From an uncultured bacterium (lineage in GTDB: Bacteria; Bacillota; Clostridia; Christensenellales; UBA1242), in assembly GCA_949398915.1 (NCBI GenBank), contig CASLXJ010000003.1, positions 1 to 46,138 on the forward strand: a stretch of DNA of 46,138 bases, in the 5' to 3' direction. The notes beneath the pieces were generated by a model. The model was not told the origin of the DNA. It ran no database searches and was given only the letters and a program-made list of their open reading frames with translations. Each line of letters begins with the position of its first letter. Positions within the stretch are counted from its first letter, which is position 1. The position numbers and the translations under genes were made by a program. Positions 1 to 9,415 of this stretch are shown one piece after another.

Positions 1-474
<474 letters not shown>

Positions 475-616
475 TAAAGAGAAAGACTTAAGTCGACAGT
501 GAGAACTGAAGTACAAGTGTGACAAGGACATAGAGGCAAAGGAAACAAAGCCTCAAAGAAAGTGTCTAAGACACACACTGGCAATAACTTTAAAGAATAC
601 TTTACATTTAATTGAT

Positions 617-648
617 AAAAAAAGACCGAGGAAACTTGGTCTTTTTTT
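617..648 (+). terminator. Intrinsic terminator closing the 16S transcript
   Basis: A7-GACCGAG-GAAA-CTTGGTC-T7 hairpin about 140 nt after the 16S end. Confidence 0.85.
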
Positions 649-2046
649 ATGCCATATGTTAGATGGGGATGGAGTGGAACAGGTGCAATTGCATATAAAA
701 ATTACAATTATGGCAATACATACTCAACACTTCCGACTGTGACAAGAACGGGCTATAATTTAACAGGTTGGTTTACGGCTGAGTCTGGTGGTACGAAAAT
801 TTCCACAACTGTAAATAATTCCAATGGCTCAAGCAGCTCAACTACTACGATGAATAAAACATCCAATCAGATACTTTATGCGCAATGGACGATAAAGACA
901 TATTCAGTTAATTTTGTAGCCAATGGTGGAAGCGGGGCAATGGCAACAATGGCTGTATCTCATGGCGTTTCAACAGCACTAAGTAAATGTACTTTAACGC
1001 GTAGTGGATATGTTTTTATGGGGTGGTCGGTTATGTCAAATGGTGCGATAAATTATCAAGATTGTTCGACGATATCATGTACAAGTAATATGACTTTGTA
1101 TGCGATTTGGAAAGAGGGAAGCACAGCTGACATTCAGCAGCCAGTTATCAAAGATAATAAGTATCAAATCTCATCAGCGGCAAACCTTGCATGGCTTGCA
1201 ATGCAAACAGATTCAACAATACTTTCAAAAGAATATGTTCAGACGGCATCAATTGACCTCTCGGGAAAGCAGTGGATACCGATTGGCAGCTCAGCCTATC
1301 CATTTACTGGAACATTTGATGGTCAAGGCTATTCAATTTCAAATATGGTTGTTTATGGTCATGGTGAATATAAAGGGCTTTTTGGATATACATCAAATGC
1401 AATACTAAAAAATATCAGGCTTTCAAGTGGAAGAGTTGCAGGTAAAAGCAATGTTGGAGGGATAGCTGGCTATGCGCTGCTTGGTAGTATAAGCGATTGT
1501 GTAAATTTCTGCACCATTTCAGGATATGATAAAGTGGGCGGAATTGCAGGCTATTCATCATCGACAGTGAAAAATTGTTTCAACTATGGTGATGTATCTG
1601 GTAATAATGTGGGCGGTATTTTAGGACAAATGTCGTCATCTTCTGTTTCTGGTTGTGTTGTTAAGGCTGTGCTTGAAGGTAAAATAAGTGCAGGTGGAAT
1701 TGTAGGTGTTGCTGGCGGAACGATTTCTTCATCGTATTTTGAAGGAATACTGATTTCTGACGCGGCTATTTGCGGAGCTATTGCAGCCGGGGCTTCTCCT
1801 TCAGTTGATGTAACAAATTGCTATGCTAGGGCAACTTATACATCCTCATTATCAACTTCAAATTATGGTTTTTCTATTGGAACAATCAGTAATTGTGTAT
1901 TTGAAACTCATGGCATAAAAAGATATATTGGCACTGACTTTTCAAATTGGGTGGTTACACTTCAAAATCAGCCGCTTCCAAAAGCGCTTGCATGGATGGG
2001 GGGTTGTAGCAGAAAACCTTACTATAGAGAAGTTGAAATCACTTGA
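649..2046 (+). pseudogene. Probably 5'-truncated surface protein with Listeria-Bacteroides (InlB B-type) repeats and GLUG-motif beta-helix
   Basis: Two repeats (LPTVTRTGYNLTGW...LYAQW; TRSGYVFMGW...LYAIW), then IDLSGKQWIPIG..FTGTFDGQGYSISN..GLFGY and several VGGIAG repeats. The ATG abuts the rRNA terminator T-tract, with no RBS or signal peptide. Possible frameshift near the C-terminus. Confidence 0.6.
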
Positions 2047-2080
2047 GTTTACAGCAGTTTAGTTATTTAAAAATAAGTTT

Positions 2081-2107
2081 AAAAACATGGCATTAAGTCA
2101 TGTTTTT
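2081..2107 (+). terminator. Intrinsic terminator
   Basis: AAAAACATGGC-ATTAA-GTCATGTTTTT inverted repeat after the ORF. Confidence 0.65.
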
Positions 2108-2151
2108 ATTTATTATTTTCTAAAAATTATGTAAGAATTTTACTGTTGTGT

Positions 2152-2179
2152 TCTATAAAAATTCTTTGCGTCATATTAT
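2152..2179 (+). promoter_or_regulatory. Putative SigE-type promoter, leaderless
   Basis: TCTATAA...CATATTAT (2172-2179), 5 nt before ATG 2185, no SD. Confidence 0.45.
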
Positions 2180-2184
2180 GTACT

Positions 2185-2922
2185 ATGAAAAAAATACATT
2201 TTAAAGTTATCAAATTTAATAGGCTTGCTTCAAATCTTATTATAGCCTTAATTTTAGTTGTAGTCGGCAGTTTTGCCGTAATAGCTGGCGTGCGCAATGT
2301 CGCCCCAACATCCTCTGTGATAAACGGAGCTTATTACAGTGGAGACAAGTCAGGAAAGAATGCTTCTTTAATGATAAATGTGTATTGGGGTACCGAATTT
2401 ATTGATGGAATTTTGAAGGTTTTAGAAGAAAAAAAGGTCAAAACTACATTTTTTATTGGTGGAACATGGGCTGTTATGAATGAACAGTGTCTTAAAAAGA
2501 TTAAAGATGAGGGGCATGAAATTGCAAACCATGGCTATCACCACAAAGACCATGACAAAATAAGTGAGCAGGAAAATTTAAAACAAATCAAAAACACTCA
2601 CACCATAGTCAAAGAGCTTTTGGGAGTAGAAATGAATTTGTTTGCTCCACCAAGCGGCGCTTATAATAAAACCACTGTTAAAGCTGCGACAAGTCTTGGA
2701 TATAAAACTATTATGTGGACAAGAGACACGATTGACTGGAGAGACCATGATGCAAACCTTATTTATGAGCGTGCTGTCAAGAATGCAGCAGGTGGAGATT
2801 TGATACTAATGCATCCAACAGAAGCTACCTTGTCAGCGCTTCCAAGAATTATTGACAATTTTAAAGAAAAAGGGCTGAATTTGACAACAGTTAGCGAAAC
2901 TATTGAAGGCGTGGTTGGTTGA
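2185..2922 (+). CDS. ylxY: Membrane-anchored polysaccharide deacetylase-family sporulation protein (YlxY/SwsB-like)
   Basis: N-terminal TM; NodB motifs LMINVYWG (YlxY-type, lacking TFDD), HGYHH, FAPPSG, DTIDW, LILMHP; lies upstream of ftsK. Start moved to ATG 2185. Confidence 0.8.
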   Translation: MKKIHFKVIKFNRLASNLIIALILVVVGSFAVIAGVRNVAPTSSVINGAYYSGDKSGKNASLMINVYWGTEFIDGILKVLEEKKVKTTFFIGGTWAVMNEQCLKKIKDEGHEIANHGYHHKDHDKISEQENLKQIKNTHTIVKELLGVEMNLFAPPSGAYNKTTVKAATSLGYKTIMWTRDTIDWRDHDANLIYERAVKNAAGGDLILMHPTEATLSALPRIIDNFKEKGLNLTTVSETIEGVVG

Positions 2923-3045
2923 CAAAAAATAATATAATAAAAGACAAAAATATTCTCAAAATTTTAAGCTGTATACTTGAGAATATTTTTTATTTATGTT
3001 ACAATAGAAATAGATATTTGCAATTTTAGTATTAAAAGGAATTTT

Positions 3046-6000
3046 ATGGCTACTTTTCAAGTTTCTAAGAAAAACAAACATAAGACAAATAAAAATTTAA
3101 AACTCATTTTTGGCTGGATTTTACTTGGCATTTCAACCTTTGTTTTTTTATTTTCAGCGACCAAATTACTTCCATTTCTCCAACATTTCTTTTTAGGAAT
3201 ATTGGGTGTTTTTGTTTATCCTTTGACTGTGCTTGGTTTTATTATAGCACTTGCTCTTTTGAATGATAAAAAATATGTTATGCCAAAGAAATATGCAATT
3301 TTTCTCTCGCTCAGTTTATTTTTCTTTTTATGCATAATTCAATTGATAATTATTGGCTCGCCAAATAAACTTTCTTACAGTGAATATGTTTCATTAAATT
3401 ATACCAAACAATTCACTGCTGGTGGAATGATTATCGGCTTTTTGCCTTCCAGCATGGCTGTTTTAATGGGGTTGCCAGCCACTTATATTATGCTTTCAAT
3501 AGCCTTTGCTGTATGTCTTGCATTCTTTGTTGAAGCGGTTGTTTCTCTCAGAAAAACAACAGTTGGCGAAAAGCCTATCAAGCTTCAAATTAAAGAAGAG
3601 GTGAAGACTAAACCAGTCAATCCAAGAGAAAATCAAGTTGATTTAAATCCTGTTGTTGCCAAAAACAAAGAAGAAATCAATGTTATGTATGACGGCAATA
3701 AAGAAGTTGAAGAAAAGCGAGAGCTTACTGCAAGAGAAAAACTTGGCCTTGTAGGCGGATATAAGCAAAAAGTTGGACAACCATATTATCCACAAGAGGT
3801 AAAACTTCCAGAAGATAAAAAAGAGGCTGAAGTGCCAACTAGTATGAGCATGAGAGAATATCTTTTGTCTCCACCTAAAGTTGACCTTGACAAATTTAAA
3901 CAACAGCAGGCTAGGGCACTTGCTTTGCGTGCTGAGATGAATAATTCGTTGAATGCAGCCAATAAGGTTGAGCATGAACATGAAGAAATGCCAGCAGCTG
4001 TGAATGTTTCTACCAGTGAAATAAATAGAAATATAGCAGAGCTTAAACAGGAAGAAATTAAGCCTGTTGCAACTTTTGAGCCAGAGCCTGTCAGACAGAA
4101 TACTTTGCCTACAGTGAAACCAGAGGAAATTACAAATGAGGCTGAGGATATAATTCGTTCTGTTGTTATGCAGGAAAAAATGGAACGCGAAGTTGAAACA
4201 GATAAAGATTTTATAAGTTTTGATGAGCTTGAAACTCCAGCAATAGAGCCAAAAGAAGTAGAAGAGAAAAATAATGATGTTTCAAGAGGATTTTCAAGAG
4301 AAACTTTCTCAAGAGAGGAAGATATAGAAGAGACTCCAAAGACTGATTTTTCAAGAATGGAGTCAAGGGAAGAGCTTTCTCGAAATACTCTTTCAAGAAA
4401 TGAATTTTCAAGAGAAAGTTTGTCACGAAATAATCATATTGAAGAAAATAATGATGAAGATGATGTTATAATCAAGCCTGAAGAGAAAAATGATAGGTTA
4501 AGCCGCCGAGATGCCTTTATTGAAGAGGAAAAAGAGCCAATTCGTCGCAGTGATTTTGGCGGAAACCATAATCGTCAAGAAGAAACGGCTAAACCTGTTA
4601 TGCCAACAAGGGAAAAGCCTGTTGATGAGATGGAAAGAAGAAAACGCTTTGTTACGCTTGATGATGAGCCTAAAAAGGAAACTAAAATCAAGCCTTACAA
4701 ATACAAAAGACCAGCTCTTGATCTTCTTACAACTGTTTCTGATGACCCAGCAACATTTAATCAAGATATGCCAATGAAGAGGGTGGCTCTTGAAAATGTT
4801 CTTGAAAATTTTGGTGTGCCAGCAAAGGTGCAAAATGTTGTAGTTGGGCCTACTGTAACCCGTTATGAAATCGAAATGCCAGAAGGTATTTCGGTAAAGA
4901 AAATTCTGTCACTTGATGCAGATATTGCCTATGCACTTTCTGCAAATGGTCAAATAAGAATTGAAGCGCCAATTCCAGGGCGCAGTATGGTTGGTATTGA
5001 AGTGCCAAATGCTAAAGTCGCAAAGGTGAGTGTAAAAGATATATTGCAGTCAAAAGAGTTTTCACTCAGCCCATCTCCGCTTACATTTGCTCTTGGCAAA
5101 GATATTACAGGTAATGTTAAAGTCTGCAATCTTCAAAAAATGCCACACCTTCTTGTTGCGGGAACAACTGGCTCGGGTAAAAGTGTATGCTTAAATACTA
5201 TCATTACATCACTTTTATATAAATCATCACCTGATGAGGTTAAACTTATTTTGATTGACCCTAAACAAGTCGAGCTTTCAATGTATGAAGGCTTGCCTCA
5301 CATGCTTATTCCAAAAGTTATCACAGACCCAACAAAAGCGGTCAATGCACTTCAATGGGCAATTGATGAAATGGAAAGAAGATTTAATCTTATTTCTGAA
5401 GAGCGTGTTCGAAACATTGATGAATACAACAAAATTGAAAAAGTGCTGCAAAATAAAGTTAAGAAAATGCCATTTATTGTTATTATATTTGACGAGTTTG
5501 CTGACTTTATGGCAGTGGCTAAAAATGAAATTGAAGATAAAATTCGCCGTCTTGCTGCTAAGGCGAGAGCTGCGGGTATTCACTTAATTCTTGCTACACA
5601 AAGACCTTCAACTGATGTCGTTACAGGTACATTAAAGGCAAATATGCCAGCGCGTATTGCTTTCAAGGTTGCTGGAAGAGTGGACAGTGAAGTTATTATG
5701 GGCGCGCCTGGTGCTGAAAAATTGCTCGGCTATGGTGATATGCTTTATAAACCAGCTGACTCATCTCCTCAAAGATTGCAGGGCTGCTTGATTGAAACCG
5801 GCGAGACAAAGGATATTGTCAACTTTATTACAGAAAACAATGAAGAGATTTTTGATGAGGAAGCATTTAATGCAATCAACAATCCAAATAAATCAACTGG
5901 TGGAAATGGTGCAAACGACAACAATGGCGTTGACCCACTTCTGCCTCAAGCACTGAAAATTTGTATAGACAATGGTGTCGCTTCAACTACAATGGTGCAA

Positions 6001-6153
6001 AGAAAGCTTTCAATTGGTTATCCAAGAGCAGCAAGAATTGTTGACCAAATGGAAGAACGCGGTTATATTGCAAGTGCAGAAGGCTCTAAACAAAGGGCAG
6101 TCTATATTTCAATAGAAGAGTTTTATACAATTTTTGGAGATATTTATGACTAG
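3046..6153 (+). CDS. ftsK: DNA translocase FtsK/SpoIIIE
   Basis: N-terminal TM domain, long acidic linker, MPHLLVAGTTGSGKS Walker A, IIFDEFAD Walker B, ATQRPS, gamma domain VQRKLSIGYPRAARIVD. AAGGA SD before ATG 3046. Confidence 0.97.
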   Translation: MATFQVSKKNKHKTNKNLKLIFGWILLGISTFVFLFSATKLLPFLQHFFLGILGVFVYPLTVLGFIIALALLNDKKYVMPKKYAIFLSLSLFFFLCIIQLIIIGSPNKLSYSEYVSLNYTKQFTAGGMIIGFLPSSMAVLMGLPATYIMLSIAFAVCLAFFVEAVVSLRKTTVGEKPIKLQIKEEVKTKPVNPRENQVDLNPVVAKNKEEINVMYDGNKEVEEKRELTAREKLGLVGGYKQKVGQPYYPQEVKLPEDKKEAEVPTSMSMREYLLSPPKVDLDKFKQQQARALALRAEMNNSLNAANKVEHEHEEMPAAVNVSTSEINRNIAELKQEEIKPVATFEPEPVRQNTLPTVKPEEITNEAEDIIRSVVMQEKMEREVETDKDFISFDELETPAIEPKEVEEKNNDVSRGFSRETFSREEDIEETPKTDFSRMESREELSRNTLSRNEFSRESLSRNNHIEENNDEDDVIIKPEEKNDRLSRRDAFIEEEKEPIRRSDFGGNHNRQEETAKPVMPTREKPVDEMERRKRFVTLDDEPKKETKIKPYKYKRPALDLLTTVSDDPATFNQDMPMKRVALENVLENFGVPAKVQNVVVGPTVTRYEIEMPEGISVKKILSLDADIAYALSANGQIRIEAPIPGRSMVGIEVPNAKVAKVSVKDILQSKEFSLSPSPLTFALGKDITGNVKVCNLQKMPHLLVAGTTGSGKSVCLNTIITSLLYKSSPDEVKLILIDPKQVELSMYEGLPHMLIPKVITDPTKAVNALQWAIDEMERRFNLISEERVRNIDEYNKIEKVLQNKVKKMPFIVIIFDEFADFMAVAKNEIEDKIRRLAAKARAAGIHLILATQRPSTDVVTGTLKANMPARIAFKVAGRVDSEVIMGAPGAEKLLGYGDMLYKPADSSPQRLQGCLIETGETKDIVNFITENNEEIFDEEAFNAINNPNKSTGGNGANDNNGVDPLLPQALKICIDNGVASTTMVQRKLSIGYPRAARIVDQMEERGYIASAEGSKQRAVYISIEEFYTIFGDIYD

Positions 6154-7468
6154 AGAAGAGCTTAAAACCAAGGTTGTTTCAGCCATAAGCCTTGGTTGTG
6201 ATAAAAACAAAGTTGACCTTGAAAATATGCTGGGCAGACTTAAAAGTTATGGCTTTAAAATTTCTGATGATGTTGAAAATGCAGATATAGTGATTGTAAA
6301 CACTTGTGCCTTTATTCAGTCAGCGCAAGAAGAAGCAATTTCAAATATTCTTGAAATGGAAGAATATAAGGAAAGAGGACAAATAGAAAAAATTATTGTT
6401 ACAGGTTGTTTTCCAGAGCGTAATTATAATTTAATGAAAGAAAATTTTCCTGCAATCGACGCATTTTTAAAACTTAAAGAAAACGAAAAGATATGTGAGT
6501 TTATAGAAGATTTGTATGGTGTTGAACATGCCAAGGCAATAAAAACTTATGAAAGAGTGCTTACGAGTGGAACAAGTTATGCTTATCTAAAAATTGCCGA
6601 TGGCTGCAATAATGTTTGCTCATATTGCACAATTCCAAGAATAAGAGGTCGATATATAAGTTATCCTATTGCCGACCTTGTAAATGAAGCTAAAAATCTT
6701 GCAGAAAGGGGAATAAATGAGCTTATTTTAGTGGCTCAAGACACCACAAGATATGGCGAAGATTTATATGGAGAAAATTCGCTTATAAAATTGTGCGACA
6801 AACTTACTAAAATCGAAGGCATAAAGTGGATAAGACTGCATTATGCCTATCCTGAGCGAGTGGATGAAAGTCTGCTTGCTTACATATCAAAGACAGATAA
6901 AATGTGCAAATATTTGGATATGCCTCTTCAGCATATTGATGATGAGATATTAAAATCAATGCGAAGAAGACTGGGGGAAGAGGATACAAGAAAGCTTGTA
7001 GAGACTATCCATGACAAATATCCAGAAATTGCTCTTAGGACGACCTTTATGGTGGGGTATCCAGGGGAAACAAAGGAAAAATTTAAAAAACTTTGCCAGT
7101 TTATAAAAGAAGGTTATTTTGATTATGCAGGCTTTTTCGCATATTCAAAAGAGCCAAACACAGCAAGCTTCTATATGAAAAACCACTTGTCAAAATTCAA
7201 GAAAAAATCAAGACTTAAAAAAGTTTTGAAAATTCAAGAAGAAATTATGACAAATAAAGCGGCTATAATTATAGGTCAAGAAATGCAAGTCTTAATTGAT
7301 GCTTTTGATGAGCAAACAGGAGAATATTTGGCTCATAGCCAAAAACTCTCTCCAATGGTTGACTTTGGTGTTCGTTTTGTGGATAATGGTAAAGTAAAGG
7401 TCGGAGATATGGTTAAAGTCAAGATTTATGACTTTGACGGAAGTGATTTTAAAGGAGAGATATTATGA
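6146..7468 (+). CDS. rimO: Ribosomal protein S12 methylthiotransferase RimO
   Basis: SLGCDKN, NTCAFI, radical SAM CNNVCSYC, AQDTTRYG, degenerate C-terminal TRAM; ftsK-rimO-pgsA synteny. Confidence 0.93.
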   Translation: MTREELKTKVVSAISLGCDKNKVDLENMLGRLKSYGFKISDDVENADIVIVNTCAFIQSAQEEAISNILEMEEYKERGQIEKIIVTGCFPERNYNLMKENFPAIDAFLKLKENEKICEFIEDLYGVEHAKAIKTYERVLTSGTSYAYLKIADGCNNVCSYCTIPRIRGRYISYPIADLVNEAKNLAERGINELILVAQDTTRYGEDLYGENSLIKLCDKLTKIEGIKWIRLHYAYPERVDESLLAYISKTDKMCKYLDMPLQHIDDEILKSMRRRLGEEDTRKLVETIHDKYPEIALRTTFMVGYPGETKEKFKKLCQFIKEGYFDYAGFFAYSKEPNTASFYMKNHLSKFKKKSRLKKVLKIQEEIMTNKAAIIIGQEMQVLIDAFDEQTGEYLAHSQKLSPMVDFGVRFVDNGKVKVGDMVKVKIYDFDGSDFKGEIL

Positions 7469-8220
7469 ATACACCAAATGCTATAACACTTACTAGAATT
7501 TGCGCGGTGCCTTTAATTGTATTTTTCTATATGGCAGATTTCATTCCATTTGCAAGACTTGTTGCAGCAATACTTTTCATTGCTGCCTGCCTTACAGATT
7601 TCTTGGATGGATATATTGCAAGAAAATACAACCAAGTGACTACTCTTGGCAAATTCTTTGATTCAATTGCTGATAAAGTTTTGATTATGACTGGACTTAT
7701 ACTTACAATTACAATTCCAGTTGTTGTTGGCCCAGTTGTTTATCCAAGTTGGCTTGGCACAATTTGCGTAATTATTATTCTTGCAAGAGAATTTATAATT
7801 TCAGCACTTCGTCAACTTGCAGCTGCCAAAGGTATTGTGCTTGCTGCCGACATGGGCGGAAAGGTAAAAGCTGCTGCTCAATATGTTGTTGTTTCAGCCT
7901 ATTTCATTCTTGCTTTTGTAGAGACAGATTTACTTTCTGTTGCAGACTCAAAAGGCACAGCTCTTGCAATCATTCGTTTTGTTCTTATGATTTTCTTAAT
8001 TGCAACAACATTCCTTACAATATATTCGGGTGCAGGTTATATTATAAGAAACCGCAAGGTTTTCAAGGATGTTAAAACTGTTTCAAATGCAGTTTCTGTT
8101 GATGAAATTGAAGAAAATGAAGAAGCTGAAAATGAAGAAACAGATTTGGAAGATACTGTTCAAAAAGAAGATGGCAAATCTGAAAGCGCTGAGTTAGTTG
8201 CAGATAAGCCGCAAGAATAG
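7465..8220 (+). CDS. pgsA: CDP-diacylglycerol--glycerol-3-phosphate 3-phosphatidyltransferase with acidic C-terminal tail
   Basis: PNAITLTR and DFLDGYIAR...GKFFDSIADK CDP-alcohol phosphotransferase motif; ATGA overlap with rimO. Confidence 0.95.
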   Translation: MNTPNAITLTRICAVPLIVFFYMADFIPFARLVAAILFIAACLTDFLDGYIARKYNQVTTLGKFFDSIADKVLIMTGLILTITIPVVVGPVVYPSWLGTICVIIILAREFIISALRQLAAAKGIVLAADMGGKVKAAAQYVVVSAYFILAFVETDLLSVADSKGTALAIIRFVLMIFLIATTFLTIYSGAGYIIRNRKVFKDVKTVSNAVSVDEIEENEEAENEETDLEDTVQKEDGKSESAELVADKPQE

Positions 8221-8268
8221 AGAAAATATTATAAAAAGATTTAAATTGATAAAAAATAAGAGGAAAAT

Positions 8269-9327
8269 ATGGCGAAAGAAGTAAAAAGTATTAAAGATGG
8301 AAAAAAAGACGCACTTGACCAAGCATTGCTTCAAATAGAAAAACAATATGGAAAGGGCACAATAATGAAATTGGGTGACAGGGTAAATCAACCTATTGAT
8401 GTCATTCCAACCGGTTGTCTTACTCTTGATATCGCACTTGGTATTGGCGGTATTCCAAGAGGAAGAGTTATTGAAATTTATGGACCTGAATCATCAGGTA
8501 AAACAACTGTTTCTCTTCATATTATTGCAGAGGCGCAAAAGCTTGGCGGAACATGTGCATTTATAGACGCAGAACATGCACTCGACCCAACTTATGCTGA
8601 AAAATTGGGGGTTGTGCTTAAAGACTTGTATGTTTCTCAACCTGACAATGGTGAGCAGGCTTTGAATATTTGTGAAATGCTTGTTAAATCAGGCTCAATT
8701 GACCTTGTTGTTATTGACTCTGTTGCTGCGCTTACTCCTAAGGCTGAAATCGATGGTGAAATGGGTGATTCTCATGTTGGTTTGCAGGCTAGAATGATGA
8801 GCCAAGCTCTCAGAAAGCTTACTGGCGTAATCAACAAAAGCAATACAAGTGTAATTTTCATCAATCAGCTTCGTGAAAAAGTGGGAGTTATGTTTGGCTC
8901 TCCAGAAACAACTACAGGCGGAAAAGCACTTAAATTTTACTCAAGCATAAGACTTGATGTAAGAAGAAAAGACTCAATCAAAGAAAATGGCGTAATAGTC
9001 GGAAACAGAACAACTGTGAAAGTTGTAAAAAACAAACTTGCGCCTCCATTTAGAACAGCAGAGTTTGACATTATCTATGGGCTTGGCGTAAGCAAGTATG
9101 GTTGTGTTCTTGACCTTGCAATCGACAATGATATTATTAAAAAATCTGGCTCTTGGTTTTCTTATAATGATGAGAAAATTGGTCAAGGCAAGGAAAATGT
9201 CAGAGCATATCTTGAGAAAAACCCAGAATTTTATGAAGAAGTTTTGGCTAAAGTTAAAGAGGTTTATCAAGAGAGCGAGGCTCCAATTGTCTCAGAAGAA
9301 GATGATGATGACGGAGATTTGGAATAG
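8269..9327 (+). CDS. recA: Recombinase RecA
   Basis: [32 protein letters not shown]. Confidence 0.99.
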   Translation: MAKEVKSIKDGKKDALDQALLQIEKQYGKGTIMKLGDRVNQPIDVIPTGCLTLDIALGIGGIPRGRVIEIYGPESSGKTTVSLHIIAEAQKLGGTCAFIDAEHALDPTYAEKLGVVLKDLYVSQPDNGEQALNICEMLVKSGSIDLVVIDSVAALTPKAEIDGEMGDSHVGLQARMMSQALRKLTGVINKSNTSVIFINQLREKVGVMFGSPETTTGGKALKFYSSIRLDVRRKDSIKENGVIVGNRTTVKVVKNKLAPPFRTAEFDIIYGLGVSKYGCVLDLAIDNDIIKKSGSWFSYNDEKIGQGKENVRAYLEKNPEFYEEVLAKVKEVYQESEAPIVSEEDDDDGDLE

Positions 9328-9367
9328 TCTTTAAATATAAAATTGTCTTGAAATATTTGTTTAAAAT

Positions 9368-9406
9368 AAAAAAGATTGACATAAATTTTTAGTCAATCTT
9401 TTTTTT
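9368..9406. terminator. Bidirectional terminator between recA and the pbp gene
   Basis: A6-GATTGAC...GTCAATC-T8 between convergent genes. Confidence 0.8.
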
Positions 9407-9415
9407 GTTACACTT

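Noticed and set aside
8221-8268. LexA box upstream of recA
   Set aside because: No GAAC-N4-GTTC is present; absence in this short spacer says little without the rest of the genome.
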